From contig JAOUKO010000001.1 in the NCBI GenBank assembly GCA_029882525.1, positions 241-64,240 on the forward strand: DNA of 64,000 nucleotides. Direction: 5' to 3'. A model generated the notes under the pieces. The model saw nothing but the letters and a program-made list of their open reading frames with translations, had not been told where the DNA came from and did no database searches. Shown piece after piece: positions 28,800 to 37,564 of this stretch; the first letter of the stretch is position 1; each line of letters starts with the position of its first letter. This DNA is from Candidatus Aminicenantes bacterium (GTDB lineage Bacteria; Acidobacteriota; Aminicenantia; Aminicenantales; Aminicenantaceae). Made by a program: the position numbers and the translations under genes.

Positions 28800-31664
28800 A
28801 TGGGGACTGAAAGAGAGAGAGTTAAAATCCTGGAGCAAGCGGAGAGAAGCGTAAAGCGGGGAAAACTCCAGGAAGCCATTAATGAGTACTTGAAGCTCTT
28901 AGACTTCGATGCCCAAGATGTAAACGTCAGGAACCTCCTGAGCGACCTCTATCTCCGGGCAAATCAAAGGGACAGAGCGATAGAGGAAATGTATAAAGTG
29001 GCCAGCTATTACGAAGGAAGAGGCATGTATTCCCAGTCCATGGCCGTTTATAAAAAGATCAACAAATTGAATCCCGGAAACATTGAATCCAGCATGAAAC
29101 TCGCCGACCTTTACTATACCCAGGGATTTCTCTCTGAAGCCAAGGCAGAATATTCGAAGATTGCCAGGGGCTTGATGAAGAATCACCGGACAAAGGAAGC
29201 CATTTTTCTGTATGAGAAGCTCCTGAAGCTGGATAGAAAAGATGTTCAGACATGTTTGACTTTGGCCGATCTTTATACTCGAGGGGGAGAAGTTGACAAA
29301 GCCGTGGACAGGCTCAATGACGTGGCCGAATTCAGGATCCGGGATAATTCGCTGAAGGAAGCCCATGAAATCCTTAAAAGAGCCCAAAAGATTAAAGCTG
29401 AGGATTCGAGGACTTTTTCCAACCTGGTGTCCATCCTTAAAAAAGAGAAAAAGACCAAGGAGGCTCGCAAGCTTATCGATGAAGTCCTTCAGAAAAAAAA
29501 GGAAGATGTGACTGCACTCAGGCTTTTGGGGAACCTGCATTTTGATGAGGGTGATTTTGAGAGGGCTGAAGTCGTATTCTCTCAGGTCATCGCCCTAAGG
29601 TCTAAAGATGTCGAAGCAAGAGTGAAGCTGGGCCGAATCTCCATCTTCAAAGACAACCTTGATAAGGCTTTTAAATTTTACGAACCTTTGGTTGAGAGCT
29701 TGATCAAGAAAGGGAAGCCGGAAAAGGCCATCGGGCTTCTCGGGCTCATTCTTGCTTCCAAGAAAGCTCATCTGCCGACTTTAAAATCCTTGGCTTCTAT
29801 CTATAAAACGATAGACCAGAGAAAGAATCTCGAGATCGTTTACCGCGTTCTTCTGGATGAATACCGGAGAGATAATAATAAGAAAGAATATGCGTCTATT
29901 CTGGGTGAGCTTGTCGAGATAAATCCTGAAGATAAGGAGTTAGCGAACCAGTACACACTCTTGAAGGGAGGCGGTGCAATCCCTGAGGTGGCGAGAGAGC
30001 CTGAGGTGGAGAAGGCAGCGTTAGAGGAGGAAGCGCGAAAAGCCGCCGAAGAGGACGCCAAAAAAGCAGAAGAGGAACGTTTGAGGGCTGAGGAACAAGT
30101 CAGGCAATTGGGTGAAGAAAAGAGACGTGCTGAAGAAGAGCGGTTGAAAGCCGAAGATGACGCTAAAAAAGCAGAAGAGGAACGTTTGAGGGCCGAAGAG
30201 GAGGCTAAAAGAGTAGAGGAGGAGCGGTCGAAAGCTGAAGGGGAGGCGCGAAAAGCCGTCGAAGAAGAAGCCCTGAGAGCCGCCGAGAAGGAAGCGAGGA
30301 AGAGAGTCGAAGAAGAGGCCCGGAAAGCAGAAGAAGCTGCCCAGAGGGCAGAGCAGGCGGCCCGAAAGGCTGCCGAAGAGGAAGCCAGACGTGCAGTCGA
30401 GGAAGAAGCCAGGAGTCGGGCCGAGGAGCTAGCCGAACGAGCCGAAGCAGAAAAGAAACGTGCGGAAGAAGAACGTTTGCGTGCTGAGGAGGCAGTGAGG
30501 AAAGCGGAGGAAGAGAGAAGGAGAGCGGAGGAGGAACGTTTTAAGGCCGAGCAAGAAGCAAAGCGCTTGGAGGAAGAAAAAAGAAGAGCCGAAGAAGAAC
30601 GAAGAAAAGCCGAAGAAGGAGCCCCGAGAGCCGAAGAGGAGCGGATGCGGATCGAGGAAGAGACCAGGCGCATGGCCGATGAGGAGGCGCGAAAAGTCGC
30701 CGAAGAAGAAGCCCGGAGAGCCGCCGAAGACGAAGCCAAACGAGCCGCTGATGAAGAACGAAAAAGGATGGAAGCTTTGGAAGCGGCCCACGTGTCCACC
30801 GAAGAGATAAGAGAGTTAGAGGAGATTATCGAGGAGGAAAAGGAGGAAGAACCTGCCGCAGCTCCAGAGGGGTCTGATGAGATGCTGGAGATGAACCTGG
30901 CCCAGGCAGACCTCTACATTAACCAAGGTCTACTCCGGAATGCGAAGAGAATCCTCGAGAATTTGCGCATAAATTTTCCCAACAATCCGAGAATAGAAGA
31001 GAAGCTTTCAGCACTGGGACAGGTGAGCACTCAGGTCAGCGTCGACGAGATTCTTCAACGGGTGACCGAGGTTTCTGAGAAGGAAAGCGAATTAATTGGC
31101 AAGAGAGGAGTGGCTAAAGAGATTCCAGAGCAACCAAAAGAGGCAACGAAGGAAACGGCTGCTCCAGCAGAGAAGGCCTCAATCCCGGAGGAAAAAGAGA
31201 GGAAAGTTGAAAAGAAAGAAATCCCCCTTAAGAAATTAGAGGATAAAGAGGAAGAAGTCAAGAAGACAGCCGAGAAGGAGGTAGCGGCCAAAGAGGATAA
31301 GATGGACCTCTTTCATTCTGGATTTTCATTTCTTGAGAAAGGCGAGTTTGACCAGGCCATCGAAATATTTAAGCAGGCGTCCAAGGATGAGAGCTTAAGA
31401 GAGGAATGTTTCCATGCCCTTGGTCAGTGTTACAAACAGAAAGATGAATATTTAGAAGCAGCAAAATGGCTGAAGAAAGCCCAGGAGCTGACCGTCGAAG
31501 GATCCGATCAATTTCTGGCTTTGAGTTATGAGTTGGCGTCGCTCTATGAAGAAGCCAAGGAACTGGAGAAAGCCTTGGATCTCTACGAAGATATAAAGGA
31601 ATGGGATGCGAAATACAGGGATATCAGGAAGAAGACCAAGGCTTTAAAAAAGAGCATTAAATAA
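28800..31664 (+). CDS. TPR-repeat protein with central ~250-aa E/R/K/A-rich single-alpha-helix region
   Basis: 954 aa; N- and C-terminal TPR units; residues about 395-650 almost entirely AEEERLRAEEEAKR-type repeats; start overlaps rnhB stop (TAAGATG). Confidence 0.6.
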   Translation: MGTERERVKILEQAERSVKRGKLQEAINEYLKLLDFDAQDVNVRNLLSDLYLRANQRDRAIEEMYKVASYYEGRGMYSQSMAVYKKINKLNPGNIESSMKLADLYYTQGFLSEAKAEYSKIARGLMKNHRTKEAIFLYEKLLKLDRKDVQTCLTLADLYTRGGEVDKAVDRLNDVAEFRIRDNSLKEAHEILKRAQKIKAEDSRTFSNLVSILKKEKKTKEARKLIDEVLQKKKEDVTALRLLGNLHFDEGDFERAEVVFSQVIALRSKDVEARVKLGRISIFKDNLDKAFKFYEPLVESLIKKGKPEKAIGLLGLILASKKAHLPTLKSLASIYKTIDQRKNLEIVYRVLLDEYRRDNNKKEYASILGELVEINPEDKELANQYTLLKGGGAIPEVAREPEVEKAALEEEARKAAEEDAKKAEEERLRAEEQVRQLGEEKRRAEEERLKAEDDAKKAEEERLRAEEEAKRVEEERSKAEGEARKAVEEEALRAAEKEARKRVEEEARKAEEAAQRAEQAARKAAEEEARRAVEEEARSRAEELAERAEAEKKRAEEERLRAEEAVRKAEEERRRAEEERFKAEQEAKRLEEEKRRAEEERRKAEEGAPRAEEERMRIEEETRRMADEEARKVAEEEARRAAEDEAKRAADEERKRMEALEAAHVSTEEIRELEEIIEEEKEEEPAAAPEGSDEMLEMNLAQADLYINQGLLRNAKRILENLRINFPNNPRIEEKLSALGQVSTQVSVDEILQRVTEVSEKESELIGKRGVAKEIPEQPKEATKETAAPAEKASIPEEKERKVEKKEIPLKKLEDKEEEVKKTAEKEVAAKEDKMDLFHSGFSFLEKGEFDQAIEIFKQASKDESLREECFHALGQCYKQKDEYLEAAKWLKKAQELTVEGSDQFLALSYELASLYEEAKELEKALDLYEDIKEWDAKYRDIRKKTKALKKSIK
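30040..30640 (+). repeat. Imperfect ~105-bp tandem repeats inside CDS 28800..31664
   Basis: aaaaaagcagaagaggaacgtttgagggc recurs at 30061, 30166, variant at 30461 and 30531; generates the Ser/Ala-rich antisense ORF artifact. Confidence 0.6.
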
Positions 31665-31704
31665 ATTGGCTTTCTTCCATTTTGTGTGGGTTTTCATTAG
31701 TATC

Positions 31705-32103
31705 GGAACGACAGGGAAATCGAATCGCTCCAGTCGGATTTTTAACGCCATTCCCTCCCCATCCTTCTCGGTCCTGCGGAACTCCGCATGTCTATCTTAT
31801 CTCACGCCTGAAGCTCTATCTTTTTTCAATCCCGCTTGATCAACCACTCCGTGCTCAAACAGTCCTCGGACCCGACTGTGTCGGTTTCCCTCGAAGGACA
31901 ACATCGTTGCGGAGAAACGATGTTGGGGGGATCCAAGGGGGTATGTCCCCTTGGTCGCAGGACGCATGTCCGAGAAGGGGAGGCAGCGAGTCGCAAGGAA
32001 GCGAGCGAGCGTTGGAAGGGGGAAGGCAGAGCGCTTTCCCCTCCAAGGAGGCTCGGGAAGGCTAAATCCTCCGATGTCGCTCTGGTGATTTCCCTGTTGT
32101 TCC
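31705..32103. repeat. Family-B MITE, full-length copy with ~40-bp terminal inverted repeats
   Basis: Left end GGAACGACAGGGAAATCGAATCGCTCCAGTCGGATTTTTAACGCC; right end reverse complement GGAACAACAGGGAAATCACCAGAGCGACATCGGAGGATTTAGCC; no coding capacity. Confidence 0.7.
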
Positions 32104-32162
32104 TAATATCGAATATATGTGTATGTTACCCACACAAAATGAAAGAGAGTCAATGAAATAAA

Positions 32163-32262
32163 TAAAGGGACAGGCTAGTTATAAGGGACTGTCCCTTTCA
32201 GTCCTTTTGATATGATAGAGAGGGACTGTCCCCTTTCGCAAAATTAGCCTGTCCTTTTTTTC
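32163..32262. repeat. Family-C nested palindrome element (GGGACAGGCT - 2x GGGACTGTCCC - AGCCTGTCC - T7)
   Basis: Read directly; a second copy with same architecture at 59260-59385. Confidence 0.7.
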
Positions 32263-32411
32263 TGGCTTTTTATTTGAGAAAAAATGATGCAAGGATTCGT
32301 TATCTTTACTGAAAAAGCGACTCGAAAATCCGGGCTAAAAAGTCATAGAGCCGTTTCGCTTAAGGAAAGGAAGAGAATCTCGGGTTTATTTGAAATAAAA
32401 GGGAGCTATAT

Positions 32412-33827
32412 TTGAAACGTCATCTTCTTCTCGATATTCTCAGCATGATCAAAAAGGAAATACAATCGGACAATGTAAAGGTTCTCGTGTTGAACGAGAA
32501 AAAAGAAATCATCTTTCGGAAAGGGCTCGGCAGCTCCCAGAATGAGAACGAGCACCTCGACCATGCTGTCATCCAGAAATGCATTGAGGAGAAGCAACCG
32601 GCTAACATCTATGGAGGCCGCGGGCTTTCAGGATGGGAATGTTCTAAAAATGGCTCAAAGAATATCCTCTGCCTTCCTTTTATCATTGAAGGAAAACCGG
32701 CCGGAGTTCTCTATCTGGATAGAAGTGACAGCCCCGATCCCTTTACTCTTCAGGATTTGGAGCTCCTGATCGTGCTCTCCAAGCCTATCCAGTGGGTGTT
32801 GAAGAATGGACAGAAATTCCAGGAGGCCGCCACCGGAAAAAATGGATTAGCCGGGTCTTTGCTGAGGGGCCGGAGTGGAGCTTTGAAGAGGATCATCACC
32901 TTGATTGACAGGGTGAAGGATTGCGAAACTCCTGTTTTTATCTGTGGAGAGAGCGGTACAGGAAAGGAGCTCGTCGCCAGAGCCATTCATCAGAACGGCA
33001 CAAGAAGGAACGGTAAATTCGTTGCGGTGAACTGCGGGTCCTTGCCTGAGCATCTTCTGGAGAGTGAGCTGTTTGGCTATGTGAGAGGAGCCTTTACCGG
33101 GGCCTTGAGGAACAGACCGGGATTGGTTGAAGAGGCCAATGACGGCACTTTCTTCTTGGATGAGATCGGGGACTTGCCTCTTTTTCTCCAAGCGAAACTC
33201 CTTCGGCTTCTCCAGGAAAAGGAGATCAGGAGGATTGGCGCTAACAGGGTTTTTACAGTGAATGGGAGGTTCATTAGCGCTACAAATAAGGATATTGAGC
33301 GAGAGGTTGAATGTGGGAATTTCCGTAAAGACCTGTATTACCGCCTCAAGATCATTACCATCGAGATTCCTCCTTTGAGGGAGAGGAAGGAAGACCTTCT
33401 TTTTCTGCTGGATTATTTTCTCGAAAGATACTGTGGGGATATGAAGCGGGAGAGGGTCTATTTTTCCCCAGGGGCGCTAGAGCTACTGATGGACTATTCT
33501 TGGCCGGGAAACGTAAGAGAGCTTCAGAACGAAATCCAAAGGTGTCTGGTCTTGACGGGGGAGGATAGTCTTATCAAAGAGGAATATCTTTCTCCGAAGA
33601 TCAATCCCGGGGCAGTGAAGTTCTCCAAGTCAAATTATGAATTCTATCAGGCTAGAGCCGAGTTTGAGAAAAGATTTTTAAGCCAGGCTCTTGCCCGCTG
33701 GAATTACAGCAGAACGAAAACGGCTGAAGAAGTGGGCTTGAGCAGGCAGGGTCTGTTTAAGTTGATGAAGAAATACAGGATAGATGCCAATAAGCGCAGA
33801 GAGACAGGCAATCAGAAGAAAAGGTAG
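32412..33827 (+). CDS. sigma-54-dependent transcriptional activator (GAF domain + AAA+ + Fis-type HTH)
   Basis: TTG start with AAGGGAG RBS; GESGTGKE Walker A, GAFTGA sigma-54 contact motif, C-terminal HTH. Confidence 0.85.
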   Translation: MKRHLLLDILSMIKKEIQSDNVKVLVLNEKKEIIFRKGLGSSQNENEHLDHAVIQKCIEEKQPANIYGGRGLSGWECSKNGSKNILCLPFIIEGKPAGVLYLDRSDSPDPFTLQDLELLIVLSKPIQWVLKNGQKFQEAATGKNGLAGSLLRGRSGALKRIITLIDRVKDCETPVFICGESGTGKELVARAIHQNGTRRNGKFVAVNCGSLPEHLLESELFGYVRGAFTGALRNRPGLVEEANDGTFFLDEIGDLPLFLQAKLLRLLQEKEIRRIGANRVFTVNGRFISATNKDIEREVECGNFRKDLYYRLKIITIEIPPLRERKEDLLFLLDYFLERYCGDMKRERVYFSPGALELLMDYSWPGNVRELQNEIQRCLVLTGEDSLIKEEYLSPKINPGAVKFSKSNYEFYQARAEFEKRFLSQALARWNYSRTKTAEEVGLSRQGLFKLMKKYRIDANKRRETGNQKKR

Positions 33828-33917
33828 ATGCTTCTCTTCTCTGAGCGTAATGAGTTGATTTTTGCAGCATAAAATGGGAGAGGACCAGGTTGGTTATGGG
33901 TTTGGAATGGAAGGAGT

Positions 33918-34235
33918 ATGACTTGTCTGGAATGGTTTTTTTTGGTAAATTTTTCTCAAATGAAAAACATGAAGAAAAAGGGAGTCTTCCAGGTTGTCTG
34001 TCCCTGCTGCCATTCTCTTCTCTGGCTGGATCCTGTCTCTCGGGAGGTGATTCAATCCAAAAAGGGGGGAGGAAAGAAGAAGCAGACGCTGGATGATCTG
34101 CTCTTGAAGGAGAAAAAGAGAAAGAGCGCATTCGAGCGTAGATTTGAAGCCACTGCAGAGTTAGAAAAAGAGAGAAAGAAAAAGGCAGAGGAAGGATTCA
34201 GGAAGGCCCTGTCAAAGGTTGAGAAGGAAGACTAA
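33918..34235 (+). CDS. small lysine-rich protein with CPCC..(zinc-ribbon-like) motif, hypothetical
   Basis: 105-aa ORF (possible alternative start at 33960 MKNMKKK); VVCPCCHS motif; charged C-terminal tail; no recognised family. Confidence 0.3.
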   Translation: MTCLEWFFLVNFSQMKNMKKKGVFQVVCPCCHSLLWLDPVSREVIQSKKGGGKKKQTLDDLLLKEKKRKSAFERRFEATAELEKERKKKAEEGFRKALSKVEKED

Positions 34236-34280
34236 AAATGAGCAACATCGGATTTCAAGCCTGAAGTCCATTCCTTCCCA

Positions 34281-35708
34281 TTAACTCCCGATCTGTGTTT
34301 CGTCCTCTCGGATTTTCGAAGCCATGGTGAATCCCGTAAAGCCAAACAGGATAAGGATTATGACAGCTGCATAGTTCATTATGGCCCATGGAAGATAAGT
34401 GATGGGGGAAACTCCGATGGCCCCTGTGATAAAAGCGCCGGCCATGCTCCAGGGGATGAGAGGAACGATGATCGCGCCGCTTTCCTCGATAATCCGGGAC
34501 AGGTTTTTGGCTGCAAGGCCTTTTTTCTTGTAGATTGGTGAGAGAAGTTCTCCGGGAATGATCATCGACAGGTAAGAGCTTGCCGTCATCATGGCTGTGA
34601 CTATTGAGGAAGCGATGGTCGTCAGCACAATGCTCCATGTTTTGTTGGCGAATTTCATCACCCGGTCAAGAATGATTGAGAGAAGCCCCGTGCGCTGCAT
34701 GATTCCCCCGAAGCTGAAGGCGGTGAAAGCGATGAGTTGTGTTTCCATCATGCTCATCAGCCCTCCCCGGGAGATCAGCGCATCCACTTCAGCGACTCCG
34801 GTCTGAGCTTGATATCCGGTGTTCATGGCCGTCGCCACATCCGTGACCGAAGCACCCTGGAAGATAATGGCCAGGATTCCGGCCACGAAGGAGGAGAGGA
34901 GCATCCCTGGTATGGTCGGCTTTTTGGTAAAGGCGAAGTAGAAAACAATAGCCATGGGCAGGAGCAAGAGGATATTGAACCTGAAGTTGTCTTTCAATGT
35001 TTGGATGATGAGAGTCATGGTCTCGGATTCCACTTTTTCTCCACCGTACCTCAGCCCGACAAAAAAATAGATCAACAGACCCAGGAGCCAGGCTGGAGTC
35101 GCTGACCAGAGCATGTGCTTGATATGGTCAAAGAGGTTCGACCCTGCCGCAACTGGAGCAAGATTGGTCACGTCTGAGAAAGGAGACATTTTATCTCCGA
35201 AATAAGCTCCCGCGACTATGGCTCCTGCGGCTGGACCGAGCGGGATTCCCAGGCCCATGGCAATGCCGATGAAAGCCACTCCCAGAGTGCCTATGGTGCC
35301 CCAGGACGTTCCCGTGGCCAAAGAGGTGAGTGAACAGACAAAACAGGCTGTTACCAGGAAATATTGAGGCGATATGAGTTTTAGGCCGTAGTAAATGACC
35401 ATGGGAATGGTTCCGCAGGCGATCCAGGAACCGATGAGAATACCGACACAGAGCATGATCAGGATCGCCGGCATCGCTTTATGGATGCTGTTGACGATGC
35501 CCTCTTCCATTTCTTTCCATTTGAAACGGAGGATGAGTCCGAGGATACCCGTGATAAAAGCAGCTGTTACCAGGAGAACCTGGGCTGCGATTTTGTAGAC
35601 TCCGTAGCCGACTCCGAGAAGGAGCCCCATGGCGATCAGCGGGATCAAAGCTATGATGAGGCCGGGTTTTTTGTCTCTTTGTTTTTGGTTGTTTGCTTTC
35701 TCTTTCAT
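34281..35708 (-). CDS. Na+/H+ antiporter NhaC-family transporter
   Basis: 475 aa, about 11-12 TM helices, architecture of NhaC family. Confidence 0.7.
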   Translation of the reverse strand: MKEKANNQKQRDKKPGLIIALIPLIAMGLLLGVGYGVYKIAAQVLLVTAAFITGILGLILRFKWKEMEEGIVNSIHKAMPAILIMLCVGILIGSWIACGTIPMVIYYGLKLISPQYFLVTACFVCSLTSLATGTSWGTIGTLGVAFIGIAMGLGIPLGPAAGAIVAGAYFGDKMSPFSDVTNLAPVAAGSNLFDHIKHMLWSATPAWLLGLLIYFFVGLRYGGEKVESETMTLIIQTLKDNFRFNILLLLPMAIVFYFAFTKKPTIPGMLLSSFVAGILAIIFQGASVTDVATAMNTGYQAQTGVAEVDALISRGGLMSMMETQLIAFTAFSFGGIMQRTGLLSIILDRVMKFANKTWSIVLTTIASSIVTAMMTASSYLSMIIPGELLSPIYKKKGLAAKNLSRIIEESGAIIVPLIPWSMAGAFITGAIGVSPITYLPWAIMNYAAVIILILFGFTGFTMASKIREDETQIGS

Positions 35709-35746
35709 CTTTTACTCTCTTTGATTCATGCCTCCGTTCATGTTTT

Positions 35747-36931
35747 TCAAGCCTGAGGGGAGGCGGAAAATGTACCCCTGGTGATGAGTTTTTTATCGGA
35801 CATCATCGGCTTTCCCTTGGCGAAGGAATCCGTGAGATGGAGGTCTTTATCGAGCAGGATGAGGTCAGCGTCCTTTCCGACTTTGATTTCTCCCTTAGAT
35901 TGAAGCTTGTAAAAGACAGCAGGACTGGTGGAAAATAGCTTGACTGCATCCTGGAGCTCAATTATGTTTTTATGCACCAGGTGGCGGAAATTTTTCAGGA
36001 GACTTTTCTGGGTAGCAATAGCCAGGCCCTGAAGATTGCCTTTATCGTCGAAAACGGGGATGCTTCCGTTGCTGTCAGAGCTGACTGTAATCCGGGAAAG
36101 GGATGCCTTATTCTTCAGACAGAGCTGGATGGCTTTTCCGATGCTCACTTCACGATCGGCTTGAGCCTCGGGATCATCACCCGCTGTTAAGTCAAAACAG
36201 CCTCCTTCCTTGTTGAAAGCAATGGCCTCCTCGAGGAGTTCGGGATTGCGGTTGACATGGGTCGGGATAACCTGAGTGCAGGGGATTTCTGTTTCTTTCA
36301 TCATTCGAAAGAGCATTTCCAGCCTGCGCGGTCCGTCACCCAGATGGAGGTGGAGAATCCCTGCTTTTCCACCGAGCATTCCTCCGACCCGGCATTCTGC
36401 AGCCAGACGGGAGAACTCTTCGAAAGTGGGCTGGGAAGAGCGGTGGTCAGAGATGGCGATTTCACCGGCCCCGATGACTTTATCAATGAGGATCAGGTCG
36501 GAGCGAATGCTGCCTGTGAGTGTCACCGGCGGAATTTGATAGGAGCCAGAGTAGATATAGGTCGTGATCCCTTCCAACTCAAGGCCTCTTGCTTTGGCTA
36601 AAAGGGATTCCATATGGCGGGTTGTTCCATCCGTTCCCAGGCAGCCTATGACAGTCGTCACTCCGCTGGAGATGATGTCTTCTACTGTGATTTCAGGAGC
36701 CCTGGTTGCCGGCCCTCCTTCCCCGCCGCCGCCCAGGATGTGGACATGGCTGTCGATCAGACCGGGAATGATGATTTTCTCAGAGGCATCGACGACTTCA
36801 TATTCCATTCCTTTGATCTCAATCTGGCCGGGCTCATTCACGGCACCGATCTTATCGCCTAAAATGAGGACATCTTTTTTTCCCTCGGGTTCGGGTGAAA
36901 ATACCAAACCCTGGCTGATGAGAGTCAACAT
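35747..36931 (-). CDS. iadA: isoaspartyl dipeptidase (beta-aspartyl peptidase, amidohydrolase superfamily)
   Basis: PGLIDSHVHILGGGGEGG metal-binding motif and overall IadA-like length/pattern. Confidence 0.75.
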   Translation of the reverse strand: MLTLISQGLVFSPEPEGKKDVLILGDKIGAVNEPGQIEIKGMEYEVVDASEKIIIPGLIDSHVHILGGGGEGGPATRAPEITVEDIISSGVTTVIGCLGTDGTTRHMESLLAKARGLELEGITTYIYSGSYQIPPVTLTGSIRSDLILIDKVIGAGEIAISDHRSSQPTFEEFSRLAAECRVGGMLGGKAGILHLHLGDGPRRLEMLFRMMKETEIPCTQVIPTHVNRNPELLEEAIAFNKEGGCFDLTAGDDPEAQADREVSIGKAIQLCLKNKASLSRITVSSDSNGSIPVFDDKGNLQGLAIATQKSLLKNFRHLVHKNIIELQDAVKLFSTSPAVFYKLQSKGEIKVGKDADLILLDKDLHLTDSFAKGKPMMSDKKLITRGTFSASPQA

Positions 36932-37117
36932 CTTTTCCTCCGATTAAAGACTCCATGGGTGAGTATCATATTTTACTGGCTAAGTTATCATGGAATATTC
37001 TTATTTTCAAGATGAGTGACTCGACTTTTCATTCCTCAGGCCCTTTTAATTCAGGAAAAGAACATTCATAAGGAGCGAATGGAAACATCACAAATGCCGT
37101 AAAAGAAAGAAGCTAAT

Positions 37118-37500
37118 ATTAACGCAATAATTCATGTGACATCCTATCTTGGGCGGCATGAATGCCGCCCTCAAGCCCCCGTAGAGGAGGAGGGACCCGT
37201 CGGTTTATCCGACGGGGGGAACCGACGGGACAGGTTCCCTCGGGGGCCGGGGGCTGAGGGCAGCTTCAGGCCGCCTAGAGATTGTAACCTTATTTACTGC
37301 GTTGACATTAGTAAATGGAGCCTCTCGATCTCCCGTGACTTTTAATAATTAAGATGTAATCTGTTACCGCGCCGGTTCCCCTCCATCCAAGCCAAGACCC
37401 TCCCACCCCCCCACCATGGGCTTCGGATGGAGAGGAACCGTCGCCCCACTTCTCCCTTAGGTCAGATGTTTCCTTCATTGCGGAATTAGTGACGCTTGCA
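37118..37500 (+). repeat. Composite repeat: GC-rich B-module (37120-37313) followed by family-A hairpin element copy 5 (37321-37500)
   Basis: B-module bounded by ttaACGCAATAATTC ... TTATTTACTGCGTTGACAtta (imperfect TIR AACGCAaTAA / TTAtTTacTGCGTT, TTA flank both sides); A part aligns with copies 1-4. Confidence 0.75.
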
Positions 37501-37564
37501 GAGTGAATTAGGTTTTTGAATTTTAGTGAATTTTCAATTAAAATAATGGTGCGGGATTTCCAGA

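Noticed and set aside
29840-30799. 319-aa Ser/Ala-rich ORF on minus strand, plus 120-aa nested ORF
   Set aside because: Antisense to the GAA/GAG-rich repeat region of the TPR/ER-K protein gene. It is a low-complexity artifact of the tandem repeats.
32262-32277. TGGCttttatTTGA as a sigma-54 -24/-12 promoter for the GAF-EBP gene
   Set aside because: The -12 element reads TTGA rather than TTGC. The spacing is correct but the match is too weak to call without TSS data.
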